Shown in pieces: positions 20,293 through 30,320 of a stretch of DNA of 64,000 nt. A model generated the notes under the pieces. It was not told the DNA's origin. It was given only the letters and a program-made list of their open reading frames with translations, and ran no database searches. Position 1 is the stretch's first letter. Each line of letters starts with the position of its first letter. The DNA comes from Thermoproteota archaeon. Its GTDB lineage: Archaea > Thermoproteota > Methanomethylicia > Methanomethylicales > Methanomethylicaceae. The stretch is taken from contig JARXPF010000001.1 of assembly GCA_029887765.1 (NCBI GenBank), positions 488 to 64,487 of the forward strand, read 5' to 3'. The translations under genes and the position numbers were made by a program.

Positions 20293-21225
20293 TTATTCTT
20301 TTAAAAATATAGATCCTAGAGAAGCTGGTCCTTTTGCTCTCCTTCCACCTATTAATAATGCTATAATTGCAACTGAATATGGAAGTATACTTAATAATTG
20401 ACTCATAGATGCTGATAAAGGACCTACAATTAATGTTCCAATCCATAATGAAAGTGCTTCAGTAAATCCAAATATTAGAGCTCCTCCAAAAGCTCCAATT
20501 GGATTCCATCTACCAAGAATTACGATAGATATTGCTACAAATCCTTTTGCTCCAGTTATTCTTACATCAAATACATTAAACATAGATATACATAACATTC
20601 CACCTGCCATTCCAACAAAAATTCCTTCTAAAATAAGAGCAATAAATCTTAATTTATCAACTTTAATTCCAAGTCTATAAGCTATACTAGGATCTTCTCC
20701 AATAGCTCTTAAACGAAGGCCAAAAGAAGTTTTAAATAATAAATAATAAACTATGGGAGTTGAAATAAAAGCAATATATACAAATATTGTTTGATTAAAG
20801 AAAATAGGTCCAATAATTGGTATTTGACTTAAAAATGGAATAGGAATAGGAGTTATTAATTCACTTAAATATGGTAATGCTCCTTGAGAGAATATATATC
20901 TAAAGAAATAAAGACAAAGACCATAAGTTAGTAAATTTATAGCTAATCCAGATATAACTTGATTTAAATTTAATTTTATAATTAAAAATCCAAAAATTAT
21001 TGCTATTAAAATTCCTCCAATAATTGCCATTAATAAGCCTATCCAAAGATTTTTAGTAAAATATGCTCCAATAAATCCTGAAAAAGCACCAATTAGCATA
21101 ATTCCTTCTATACCTAAATTTAAAATACCCCCTCTTTCAACAATTGTTTCTCCTAAAGAAGCTAAGATTAATACAGTAGAAGTAGCCATTGTTGTTGCTA
21201 AAAGTCCTATTATTAATTCTATCAT
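20293..21225 (-). CDS. ABC transporter permease (nucleoside/CUT2-type)
   Basis: GETIVERGGILNLGIEG, GLRLRAIGEDP motifs. Confidence 0.9.
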   Translation of the reverse strand: MIELIIGLLATTMATSTVLILASLGETIVERGGILNLGIEGIMLIGAFSGFIGAYFTKNLWIGLLMAIIGGILIAIIFGFLIIKLNLNQVISGLAINLLTYGLCLYFFRYIFSQGALPYLSELITPIPIPFLSQIPIIGPIFFNQTIFVYIAFISTPIVYYLLFKTSFGLRLRAIGEDPSIAYRLGIKVDKLRFIALILEGIFVGMAGGMLCISMFNVFDVRITGAKGFVAISIVILGRWNPIGAFGGALIFGFTEALSLWIGTLIVGPLSASMSQLLSILPYSVAIIALLIGGRRAKGPASLGSIFLKE

Positions 21226-22256
21226 GTTTTAATCACCTCTCTTTTCTCTAAATATCTTAAAATTATTTCAGATGCTAATACCATTATTATTAACATTCCT
21301 TGAATAAAATCTACAATTCCTTGTGGTTGATTTAATATTCTAGACATTGTAGAAGCTCCATTAATTATAGCAGCAATAAATATAGAAGCAAGTGTTATTC
21401 CAATTGGATGATTTTGACCTAAAAGTGCTATTACTATTCCAGTATATCCATAACCAGGAGATATTGTTGGTCTCATTCTATATTGAATTCCAGCTACTTC
21501 AAAAAATCCAGCCATTCCTGCTAAAGCTCCACTAATTACTAATGCCATGAATATTGTAGTACTAACACTTATTCCACTATATTTAGCAGCTTCAGGATTT
21601 TCTCCTACTACTTTTAATTTAAAACCAAAAGTTGTTTTCATCATTAGAAAGTAAATCAATGGAAGTATTATAATAAAAGTAATTAATATTCCTAAATGAA
21701 AACGTGTATGATTAATTATAATTGGAAAAATAGCAGAATAAGGAATTCTCGAAGATTCTGGAAATAATGTTTCTGGACTTTTAAAAGGAAAAGCTAATAA
21801 CCATTGAACTAAATTTATTGCAACATAATTCATTAAAAATGTTGTTATTACTTCATTAATTCCAAGTTTAGCTTTCATAAAAGCAGGTATAGAAGCCCAA
21901 GCCGCCCCTCCTAAAATTGAAAAAATTATTGCAATAGGTAAAGTTAAAAAAAATTCACCCATAAATAGAGCTGCTATTGTTCCTAACATAGCACCTATAT
22001 ATAACTGACCTTCAGCACCAATATTCCATACTTTACATTTAAAAGATATTGCCAATCCTAAAGAAATTAATAATATAGGAGATGTTCTCACAAGAGTTTC
22101 AATTATTAATAATTCATTTCCAAATGCTCCATGAAATATATAATAAAATGCAAGAAAAGGATTAGCTCCTGTGAATATAAATAAAATTGATGTTGCTAAA
22201 AAAGTTAAAGCAATTGCTAATACTGCTCTATAAAGTGGTTTTAAGTTTAATTCCAT
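21222..22256 (-). CDS. ABC transporter permease (nucleoside/CUT2-type)
   Basis: WNIGAEGQ, NEVITT, GENPEAAKYSG motifs. Confidence 0.9.
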   Translation of the reverse strand: MELNLKPLYRAVLAIALTFLATSILFIFTGANPFLAFYYIFHGAFGNELLIIETLVRTSPILLISLGLAISFKCKVWNIGAEGQLYIGAMLGTIAALFMGEFFLTLPIAIIFSILGGAAWASIPAFMKAKLGINEVITTFLMNYVAINLVQWLLAFPFKSPETLFPESSRIPYSAIFPIIINHTRFHLGILITFIIILPLIYFLMMKTTFGFKLKVVGENPEAAKYSGISVSTTIFMALVISGALAGMAGFFEVAGIQYRMRPTISPGYGYTGIVIALLGQNHPIGITLASIFIAAIINGASTMSRILNQPQGIVDFIQGMLIIMVLASEIILRYLEKREVIKT

Positions 22257-22264
22257 TTAATCAC

Positions 22265-23785
22265 CTAAATAATTCCAAGCATTAATTTTGAAATTTCATG
22301 TATATCAATATTATTCCTATTAAATTCTCCAACTATTCTACCATTAAACATAACAAGAATTCTATCACTTAATTTTAAAATTTCATCTAAATCTGCAGAA
22401 ATTAAAAGAATACCAATTCCTTTAGTTTTTAAATCAAATAGTATTTGATGTAGAATTTCTGTAGATTTTACATCAAGACCTGCACTTGGATTTTCAGCTA
22501 TTAATACTTTAGCATGATTAGAAAGTTCTCTTGCAACAATAATTTTTTGAATATTTCCACCTGAAAGATTTCTTACTGCAATTTGAGTATTTGGAGTCAC
22601 AATTCCAAAAATATTTATTAAATTTTTAGCAAAATTTTCTATCATATTTTTATTCATAATTATGTTTTTGCTATAGGGAGGTTTATCAAAACTTTTAAGT
22701 ATTAAATTTTCAGCTACACTTAGATTAAGAACTACTCCTCTATTCAATCGATCTTCTGGTATGTAAGCAATTCCATTTCTTATTATAAATTTTGGTGATT
22801 TATTTATTAATTCATTATTTTTAAAAAATATTGAACCAGATTCTGCTTTTCTAAGTCCAGTTAATGCTTCAACAAGCTCTTTTTGACCATTTCCAGCAAC
22901 TCCTGCTATTCCAAGAATTTCACCTGCATAAAGAGTAAAACTAACATCATTTACAGCTACTTCTTTTCTATCTCCTAATACTTTCAAATTCTTTACTATT
23001 AATAAAGGCTCTCCTAAATGAGATTCTTGAAATTTAAAAGTAGGACGTGTTTCTCCAACAATTAAAAAAGCTAATTCATCTTCATTAGTTTCACTTGGAA
23101 TAAGAGTTTTTATAACTTTACCTTTTCTCATAATAGTAATTCTATCACTTATAGAAAGAGCTTCTTTAACTTTATGAGTTATTAAAATTATTGATTTACC
23201 CATGGATTTTAATTTTCTTATCATATTAAATAATTCTTTAACTTCTATTGGTGTAAGAACTGAAGTAGGTTCATCAAATATTAAAATATCTGCATCTTGA
23301 CATAATATTTTAATAATTTCTACTCTTTGTCTTATTCCAACAGGTAATTCTTCTATTTTTGCATCTGGATTTATATTTAAATTAAGAGAAGAAGAAATTT
23401 CTTCTATTTTCTTTTTTACTTCTTCTAAATCTAATTTAAATTTTAATGGAAGAGATAATGCAATATTTTCAACAACTGTAAATGATGGAATAAGAGTAAA
23501 ATGTTGATGTACTACTCCAATTTTTAAATTAATAGCATCTATTGGATTTTTAATATTAACTTTTTTTCCATTTACATATATTTCACCTGAATCTGGAGTA
23601 ATACAACCAGAAATTATTTTTATAAGTGTAGTTTTTCCTGCACCATTTTCTCCTAATATTGAATGAATTTCTCCTTTAATTAATGAAAAAGAAACATTAT
23701 CATTTGCAATTACTCCATTTGGATAAACTTTTCTAATATCTTTTACATATAAAACAATATCATTAGAAAAAAAAGGATTTGACAT
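22265..23785 (-). CDS. ABC transporter ATP-binding protein (duplicated domain)
   Basis: GENGAGKTT, DEPT, LSGGNIQK motifs. Confidence 0.93.
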   Translation of the reverse strand: MSNPFFSNDIVLYVKDIRKVYPNGVIANDNVSFSLIKGEIHSILGENGAGKTTLIKIISGCITPDSGEIYVNGKKVNIKNPIDAINLKIGVVHQHFTLIPSFTVVENIALSLPLKFKLDLEEVKKKIEEISSSLNLNINPDAKIEELPVGIRQRVEIIKILCQDADILIFDEPTSVLTPIEVKELFNMIRKLKSMGKSIILITHKVKEALSISDRITIMRKGKVIKTLIPSETNEDELAFLIVGETRPTFKFQESHLGEPLLIVKNLKVLGDRKEVAVNDVSFTLYAGEILGIAGVAGNGQKELVEALTGLRKAESGSIFFKNNELINKSPKFIIRNGIAYIPEDRLNRGVVLNLSVAENLILKSFDKPPYSKNIIMNKNMIENFAKNLINIFGIVTPNTQIAVRNLSGGNIQKIIVARELSNHAKVLIAENPSAGLDVKSTEILHQILFDLKTKGIGILLISADLDEILKLSDRILVMFNGRIVGEFNRNNIDIHEISKLMLGII

Positions 23786-23796
23786 TAATGTGTCAC

Positions 23797-24834
23797 CTAA
23801 GGCTTAGGTTCAGTAAATTTTGGTACAGATATTGGAACAAGCTCTCCATCTACAATCCATTTTACTTTTTCATTAATAATTTCATTTACTAAATTATCAG
23901 CAAAAGCTTTTACTTCAGGGAATTTATTAGCAAAAGCTTCATTCCAAATAAATTTTGCACCCCCAGTCTTCATTGTTGTATAGTATATTCCTGCTGGATA
24001 TTTGCCAGTTCTTGCACCTTCTATTAAAGTCTTAACCATGGGATACAAATCCCAAACTACACTACCAATTACTACATCTGGTGCAAGTGCATTTTGATCT
24101 TCAATATTACCAAAAGCATATGCAAGTATTTTTCCAGTAACAGGATCTTTACAAGCTTCAAATACACCATATCTCTCAGCATAAATTACATCAACACCAG
24201 CACTTATTAAAGCAGATGCAGCAATTTTTGCAGCATTTGGATCATACCATGAATTAATATAAGATATATAAATCTTTATATCAGGATTTACTGATTTTGC
24301 ACCTTCTATAAATCCATTTAATAAATTATTTACATCTCCTACACCAGGAAAAGCTGTCACAATACCAAGTTTATTAGTTTGAGTAATTTTTGCAGCAATT
24401 GCTCCTGCTACATATGCTGCTTCTTGTATGTAATAGTCATAAAGAACTAAATTCTTTCCAAAGTTTTTACAAAGACCTGAACCTTGAGCAAAGTATACAT
24501 TTGGAAATTGTGGAGCTAATCTATCTGTAGTTTCCCAAAAGCCCCAACTATGTGGAATTATTAAATTATATCCATGAGTAATATATTCTCTTATTACTCT
24601 TTCAACATCAGCTTCACTTACTCTTTCAGAATAGCTATATTGAACATCCAATTCTTTACTTGCTTTTTGAAGAGCTTTATGCAATATTTGATTCCATGTT
24701 TCTTCTAATGGTGTAACATATATTGCAGCAACTTTGAATTTTTGTAATGGTATAATTATATTTGTATGTGCGTATATTCCACCAGCAATTATTGCTATGA
24801 TGATTAAAATTATTAATATTGTTGTAGTTTTCAT
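23797..24834 (-). CDS. BMP-family ABC substrate-binding protein (nucleoside/purine)
   Basis: N-terminal TM anchor; YVAGAIAA, GAKSVNPDI, SWYDP motifs; operon context. Confidence 0.85.
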   Translation of the reverse strand: MKTTTILIILIIIAIIAGGIYAHTNIIIPLQKFKVAAIYVTPLEETWNQILHKALQKASKELDVQYSYSERVSEADVERVIREYITHGYNLIIPHSWGFWETTDRLAPQFPNVYFAQGSGLCKNFGKNLVLYDYYIQEAAYVAGAIAAKITQTNKLGIVTAFPGVGDVNNLLNGFIEGAKSVNPDIKIYISYINSWYDPNAAKIAASALISAGVDVIYAERYGVFEACKDPVTGKILAYAFGNIEDQNALAPDVVIGSVVWDLYPMVKTLIEGARTGKYPAGIYYTTMKTGGAKFIWNEAFANKFPEVKAFADNLVNEIINEKVKWIVDGELVPISVPKFTEPKP

Positions 24835-24909
24835 AATTCCTCAATACTTTTTTTATACTAACTTATATAAAAATTTTCTTGTCTTTATTACTCAAATTGA
24901 TGTAAACAT

Positions 24910-25647
24910 TTAAAAAATATTAAATATTTTTTTAGTATTATGAGTAGTAATTCTATCTACTTCATTCTCAGGAATTTTCTTAATCTCTGCTACTTTTTTT
25001 AATGCATATATTAAATTAGCAGGTTCATTTATTGTACCTCTTATGGGTGATAAAACTGGAGAATCTGTTTCTAAGACTATATATTCAATAGGAATAGATT
25101 TAACAAGTTTTTGTTTCTGTTGAGAAAATGTAACAGAAGTTGGTATGGAAAAATAAAAACCTCTTTTTATTGCTTCTTTTGCATAACTAGTTTTACCATC
25201 AAAAGCATGCATAATTACTTTATTTGCATTTTCAGAATAAAGTACTTCCAAAGCTCTGCGTCCAGCACTTCTAGAATGAACAATTATTGGTAAATTTTTT
25301 CTTAAAGCTAATCTTATACTTCTTCTAAAAAATTCTTCTTGAATTTTTCTTTGTTTTTCATCTCTTATGTAATAATAATCTAATCCAACTTCTCCTATTC
25401 CAATAATTGATTCACTTTCTACTAAAGATTCAAATTTTGAAAATTCTTCTTCTGATAAAATTGTAGGATCAAAACCAATAGTAAGAAGTAAAAATCCAGA
25501 ATATTGAGAAATTATTTCTTTTGCTCTCTTAATTTCAGAAGGTTCTGTTATTGAGACAATTATATATTCTATTCCAACATCCTTTGCTCTTTTAACTATT
25601 TCTGAAATATCTTGAAATTCTGTTAAATGTGCATGTACATCTATCAT
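24910..25647 (-). CDS. tatD: TatD-family hydrolase
   Basis: DVHAH, GEVGLDY, HSR, HAF, ETDSP motifs; start taken at MIDVHAH. Confidence 0.9.
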   Translation of the reverse strand: MIDVHAHLTEFQDISEIVKRAKDVGIEYIIVSITEPSEIKRAKEIISQYSGFLLLTIGFDPTILSEEEFSKFESLVESESIIGIGEVGLDYYYIRDEKQRKIQEEFFRRSIRLALRKNLPIIVHSRSAGRRALEVLYSENANKVIMHAFDGKTSYAKEAIKRGFYFSIPTSVTFSQQKQKLVKSIPIEYIVLETDSPVLSPIRGTINEPANLIYALKKVAEIKKIPENEVDRITTHNTKKIFNIF

Positions 25648-25690
25648 AATAATCCATATAAACTTCAAAAATATTAATTCTACTGAGAAT

Positions 25691-26587
25691 ATGATAATTA
25701 CAATAACTATACCTTTTCCAAAGGATTGGGGTATTGGAGAAGATACTCATTCTTATTTATTAAAATATGATAAAGGAGCATTATTAATAGATACTGGATT
25801 AGATTGTGAAGAAAATAGAAAATTAATTAAAAATAAATTAAGAGAATTAAATATTAAAAATTTAGACTATATTTTAATAACACATGGACATATTGATCAT
25901 TTTAATTTAGCAAAATATTTACAAGAAGAAACAGGTGCAGAAATATTAATTCATGAATATGATGGAGATTTGCTCAAGGATTATAGAAATGCATTAAAAT
26001 GGTTTGATGAAAACTATGATTTATTAATTGAAGGAGGATATGATGAAGGAGAATTAAAAATAATAAAAAATAAAATGTTAATGGTAATAGAAATGTTAAA
26101 AATGCCAGAATATTATAAAACATTTAAGAATTTGGACTTAGATCTTGGTAATTTTAAATTAAAATCTATTAATTTACCAGGGCATACTTTGGGAAGTGTA
26201 GGATATATTTTAGAAAATATTATTTTTTCAGGAGATGTAGCTATTGAAGGAACTACTGTAGTAGAAAATCTTAGAATGGAATTTAATTCTCTTCAAAAAT
26301 TAAAATGTTTTAATTATATATTTCCTGCACATAAAAAAACTCCTTTAATAAGAAAAGATATTGAAGAACTTGAGAGACATTTTATTAATAGATTAGAAGA
26401 AATTTTAAGAATTTTAAAAAATGGTATGAGACTTAGAGAGATGGTTAATAAAATATATGGAGAAGAAGGACAATTTAGAACTATTCTCAAATTAAGAAAT
26501 TTATTATCATATATTAAATTTTTAGAAGAAGAAGGTTATGTAATGAAAAATGGTCCTTTATGGATTTCATTAAAAGATGAGCTTTAA
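25691..26587 (+). CDS. MBL-fold metallo-hydrolase
   Basis: THGHIDH, PGHT, SGD, PAH motifs; winged-helix-like tail. Confidence 0.85.
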   Translation: MIITITIPFPKDWGIGEDTHSYLLKYDKGALLIDTGLDCEENRKLIKNKLRELNIKNLDYILITHGHIDHFNLAKYLQEETGAEILIHEYDGDLLKDYRNALKWFDENYDLLIEGGYDEGELKIIKNKMLMVIEMLKMPEYYKTFKNLDLDLGNFKLKSINLPGHTLGSVGYILENIIFSGDVAIEGTTVVENLRMEFNSLQKLKCFNYIFPAHKKTPLIRKDIEELERHFINRLEEILRILKNGMRLREMVNKIYGEEGQFRTILKLRNLLSYIKFLEEEGYVMKNGPLWISLKDEL

Positions 26588-26612
26588 TAGTATTTATTTT
26601 AAATAAAATATT

Positions 26613-27062
26613 ATGGAATTACTTGATAGTATTGATATTAATATACTAAGAGAGCTTCAAGAAAATTGTAGAGTTAGTTATAGAGATATAGCAAATAAAT
26701 TAGGAATTTCCATTGGAACTATTCATAATAGAATTAAAAGAATGAAAGATCTTGGAATTATAAAAGGATTTTCAGTAATACTAGACTCTGAAAAAATGGG
26801 ATATGAATTAACAGCTATAATATTAATACAAGTAGATGGAGGATATATTTTAGATGTAGAAAGAACTTTAGCAAATTCAAGACCAGTAATTGCAGTTTAT
26901 GATATAACAGGAGATTTCGATATAATAGTAATTGCAAAATTTAAAAGTCGAGAAGAATTGAATACTTTCATAAAAGATGTTTTAAAAATACCTCATGTTA
27001 AAAGAACTGTTACTAGTATTGCACTTAACATAGTTAAGGAAAAGATTATAGTGAGTATTTAG
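26613..27062 (+). CDS. Lrp/AsnC family transcriptional regulator
   Basis: N-terminal HTH plus YDITGDFD RAM domain. Confidence 0.92.
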   Translation: MELLDSIDINILRELQENCRVSYRDIANKLGISIGTIHNRIKRMKDLGIIKGFSVILDSEKMGYELTAIILIQVDGGYILDVERTLANSRPVIAVYDITGDFDIIVIAKFKSREELNTFIKDVLKIPHVKRTVTSIALNIVKEKIIVSI

Positions 27063-28050
27063 TAGTACTTTTAATTGGTTTAATAAGTGGACATAATGGA
27101 TCAGGCATTGTTGGATCATTGTATATTGCATTAGCTCTAGCATGACATCCTCCAATACATACTTCTAAATATTTACAATCTTTACAAATATTATTTAATA
27201 ATTTTGGAAAAGAAAGTTTTTTAACAAGTTCATGTTCTAAGTATTTATTCCAAGCTTCTTTAACACCATCTAAAATATTACAAACTTTTATGTTTAAACT
27301 ATCACATATCATTACACTTCCATCAGGTGCAATATCCAAAGCTTCTTTTATCATACATGGACATATGGTTACTCTTTTTGTTTTAATAATTGCAGAAAGA
27401 AATGGTGCACACCATACTTCTACATTGAATTTTAATTCCTCAGCTATTTGATCTACTGAAATAATAGCATTTTTGATTATATTTGATGTAGGAAGAATTG
27501 ATACATCAGCTCTACCAATTGGTATTAATGGTATTAATGCAGCACCTACAGCACCTATATTAAAACATAATTTTACATATTCTACAATTTCATTATAATT
27601 CAATTTATTTATTGTCATTATTGGTCTAATATTAGCACCAAATGCCTTTATTTTCCTTATTTTTTCTAATAATAATTCAAAATAAGGTCCTCTAATTTTA
27701 GTAAAAGTATCCTTAGTAACACCATCTATGCTTACTTGAACTTCTACATCTTTTCTAGCAAAAAGTCGCATGAGATTTGAACTTAATGTTAATGCATTAG
27801 TTACAACACTTAATTCAAAACCATAATCATATGCTTCAGATATAAGAATGGGCAAATCTTTTCTTAAAGTTGGTTCTCCACCAGTAAAGGATATGTGATT
27901 TGCGTTTATTTCTATAAGACCTTTAATTACTTTTATAGCATCTTCTGTAGAAAGTTCATTTAAATCATTAAAACGAGAAGCATAACAATGTCTACATTTT
28001 AAATCACATTTACCAGTTATGAGCCATACAACAAGATTACAATTATTCAT
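27046..28050 (-). CDS. Radical SAM/SPASM domain protein
   Basis: CDLKCRHC, TGGEP, C-terminal CKDC..C.GGC..R..DPLC. Confidence 0.88.
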   Translation of the reverse strand: MNNCNLVVWLITGKCDLKCRHCYASRFNDLNELSTEDAIKVIKGLIEINANHISFTGGEPTLRKDLPILISEAYDYGFELSVVTNALTLSSNLMRLFARKDVEVQVSIDGVTKDTFTKIRGPYFELLLEKIRKIKAFGANIRPIMTINKLNYNEIVEYVKLCFNIGAVGAALIPLIPIGRADVSILPTSNIIKNAIISVDQIAEELKFNVEVWCAPFLSAIIKTKRVTICPCMIKEALDIAPDGSVMICDSLNIKVCNILDGVKEAWNKYLEHELVKKLSFPKLLNNICKDCKYLEVCIGGCHARANAIYNDPTMPDPLCPLIKPIKSTTKYSL

Positions 28051-28111
28051 AAATATTCACCTTAAAATAATTTTTAGATAATTCCTTAGAAGAATTACAG
28101 TTATTTATTCA

Positions 28112-28564
28112 TTACTTATTTATTGTATTTATTATTGTTTCATAGATTATGGCTTTTAAATCTTTTTGAATAAAATTCTTATTCTTAATAATAGGAGATA
28201 ATCTTACATATATTGTTCTTGGATTTAAGTTTGATATAATAACATATTGACCAAAAGCATCTTTTATAGATTCAGTTATAAGAGGTATAATTTTATTAAT
28301 TAAATGTGTTTTACCTCTAATTTCATATGATAAAATTTCTGCAGTTGCTGGATCAACAAGGGAAATTCTATCTATAATATCAGCTAAAATAGAGTCAATT
28401 GTTATTTCAAGTTCCCATAAATCAATTACACCTTCATATGAATTTTTTGGAAATGCTCTTGAAAATATATAAGAAGATATTCTCTCACAAGCTTCAAAAA
28501 TTGCTATTTCTACTTCTAATTTTGTAATAGACTCACGTCTTTTTAAATGAGAATATTTTGTCAA
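28112..28564 (-). CDS. Hypothetical protein
   Basis: 150-aa ORF, TTG start after GAGGT, co-oriented with neighbours. Confidence 0.6.
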   Translation of the reverse strand: MTKYSHLKRRESITKLEVEIAIFEACERISSYIFSRAFPKNSYEGVIDLWELEITIDSILADIIDRISLVDPATAEILSYEIRGKTHLINKIIPLITESIKDAFGQYVIISNLNPRTIYVRLSPIIKNKNFIQKDLKAIIYETIINTINK

Positions 28565-28619
28565 GATCTAACCTCAATCAAATAAAAATTTATTAAAACT
28601 TATTCAAAAAGTTTATGGA

Positions 28620-29849
28620 TTATTTTTTAATTAATTTTTCTAAATTAATTTTTATAGCTTTAATGAATTCTTCAGTAGTTACTATTTTATTTATAGGAGG
28701 TTCTGAAACATTTGCTACATCAGCAGTCATAATTCTATCATTCTCAATAGTTATTTTTACTGCTTTTTCTAATTTATTAGTAAAATCTAAAAGTTCTTTA
28801 TTATTAGTAATTTCACCATTTCTTTTTAAAGCCATAATCCAAGCAAATATTATAGCAGTTGGATTTGTTGAAGTTTTCTCACCTCTCAAATATCTATAGT
28901 AATGTCTTTGAACAGTGCCATGAGCAGCTTCTGAAAGAAAATAACCCTCAGGAGAATATAGTACAGAAGTCATTAAAGCTAAACTTCCTACATATGCTGT
29001 AGCTACAAAATCTGAAAAAACATCTCCATCAAAATTTTTACAAGCCCAAACAAATCCACCTTCAGATCTAACAACTCTTGCAATAGCATCATCTATTAAG
29101 AAATAATAATAGTTTAAGCCAGCATTTTTAAATTCTTCTTTAAATTCATTTTCATAAATTATATTAAAAATTTCTTTAAATCTAGCATCATATACTTTTG
29201 ATATAGTATCCTTACTTGCAAACCATAAATCTAATTTATTTTCTAATGCATATTTAAATGAAGCTCTTGCAAAATTTTCTATTGATTTATCTAAATTATA
29301 TATTGCTTGAATTACTCCAGAATCTTTAAAAAATGGAAATTTTGCCTTAAGCTCATTTCCATTTTTTTGTTTAATAATTAATTCTACTTCAGAAGGTCCT
29401 TCAAATCTTAAACCAATTCCATCATATATATCACCAAATGCATGTCTTGCTACAACTATTGGTTTTTTCCAAAATCTAACTGCTGGTGAAATATTACTTA
29501 ATAAAATTGGAGCTCTAAATATTGTTCCATCTAATATATTTCTTATTGTAGCATTTGGACTTTTCCATTCTTTTTTTAATCCATATTCTTTTACTCTTTC
29601 AGCATTTGGAGTTATTGTTGCACATTTAACTCCAATTTTTAATCTTTTAATTGCTTCAGCAGCTCTTATTGTTATTTCATCATTTGTTTCATCTCTATTC
29701 TTTATACTTAAATCATAATACTCTGTTTTTAAATCAACATAAGGTAATATGAGCTCCTCTTTTACCCATTTCCACATAATCCTAGCCATTTCATCTCCAT
29801 CTATTTCTACAATAGGTTTTTCCATGGAAATTTTCATTTTAAATCCCAA
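28620..29849 (-). CDS. icd: NADP-dependent isocitrate dehydrogenase, subfamily II type
   Basis: GDEMARIMW, KCATITP, WKSPNATIRN, EAAHGTVQRHY, TSTNP motifs. Confidence 0.93.
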   Translation of the reverse strand: MGFKMKISMEKPIVEIDGDEMARIMWKWVKEELILPYVDLKTEYYDLSIKNRDETNDEITIRAAEAIKRLKIGVKCATITPNAERVKEYGLKKEWKSPNATIRNILDGTIFRAPILLSNISPAVRFWKKPIVVARHAFGDIYDGIGLRFEGPSEVELIIKQKNGNELKAKFPFFKDSGVIQAIYNLDKSIENFARASFKYALENKLDLWFASKDTISKVYDARFKEIFNIIYENEFKEEFKNAGLNYYYFLIDDAIARVVRSEGGFVWACKNFDGDVFSDFVATAYVGSLALMTSVLYSPEGYFLSEAAHGTVQRHYYRYLRGEKTSTNPTAIIFAWIMALKRNGEITNNKELLDFTNKLEKAVKITIENDRIMTADVANVSEPPINKIVTTEEFIKAIKINLEKLIKK

Positions 29850-29899
29850 TAATTTAAATTATTAGATTAATAAATAATTTTTCATAAAGAGGGGGAAAA

Positions 29900-30307
29900 T
29901 TGCCAAGAAGAATGATAAGGAAAAAAAGAAAAAGTGGAAGAATGTTTTTTGAAGCTGAAAAAGTATCAAGTAACATGAGTCTTAGTGATATAATGGATAT
30001 AGTATTCACAACTTCAAATTCATATAAGGAAATTGCAAGAATAATATTAGAGTGGATGAAAATGAAAAGTGATGAAGAGAATCGAGGAAAAATTAAATGG
30101 GTTACTACTAGTGAAATGTCAAATTATATAAATGAAAGATTATTGAAAAGAAGAAGAAGTGCTGCATATCATGTTATAAAAAATTACTTAATACCAATGG
30201 GTTTTATAGAATATAGACCTTCAGAATCAAAATATATATTAAGTAAAGATTTTGCTGGAGCTTTAAAAAGACTTGCAGAAGCTTATATAAAATGGATTAC
30301 TACATAA
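29900..30307 (+). CDS. Hypothetical basic protein, possible winged helix
   Basis: 135 aa; TTG start after GAGGGG; YLIPMGFIE...YILS wing-like end. Confidence 0.6.
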   Translation: MPRRMIRKKRKSGRMFFEAEKVSSNMSLSDIMDIVFTTSNSYKEIARIILEWMKMKSDEENRGKIKWVTTSEMSNYINERLLKRRRSAAYHVIKNYLIPMGFIEYRPSESKYILSKDFAGALKRLAEAYIKWITT

Positions 30308-30320
30308 GTAATGGATTAAA

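Noticed and set aside
25721..25745. KDWGIGED as a LysW-like EDWGE motif
   Set aside because: Internal to the N-terminus of an MBL hydrolase, not a C-terminal motif.
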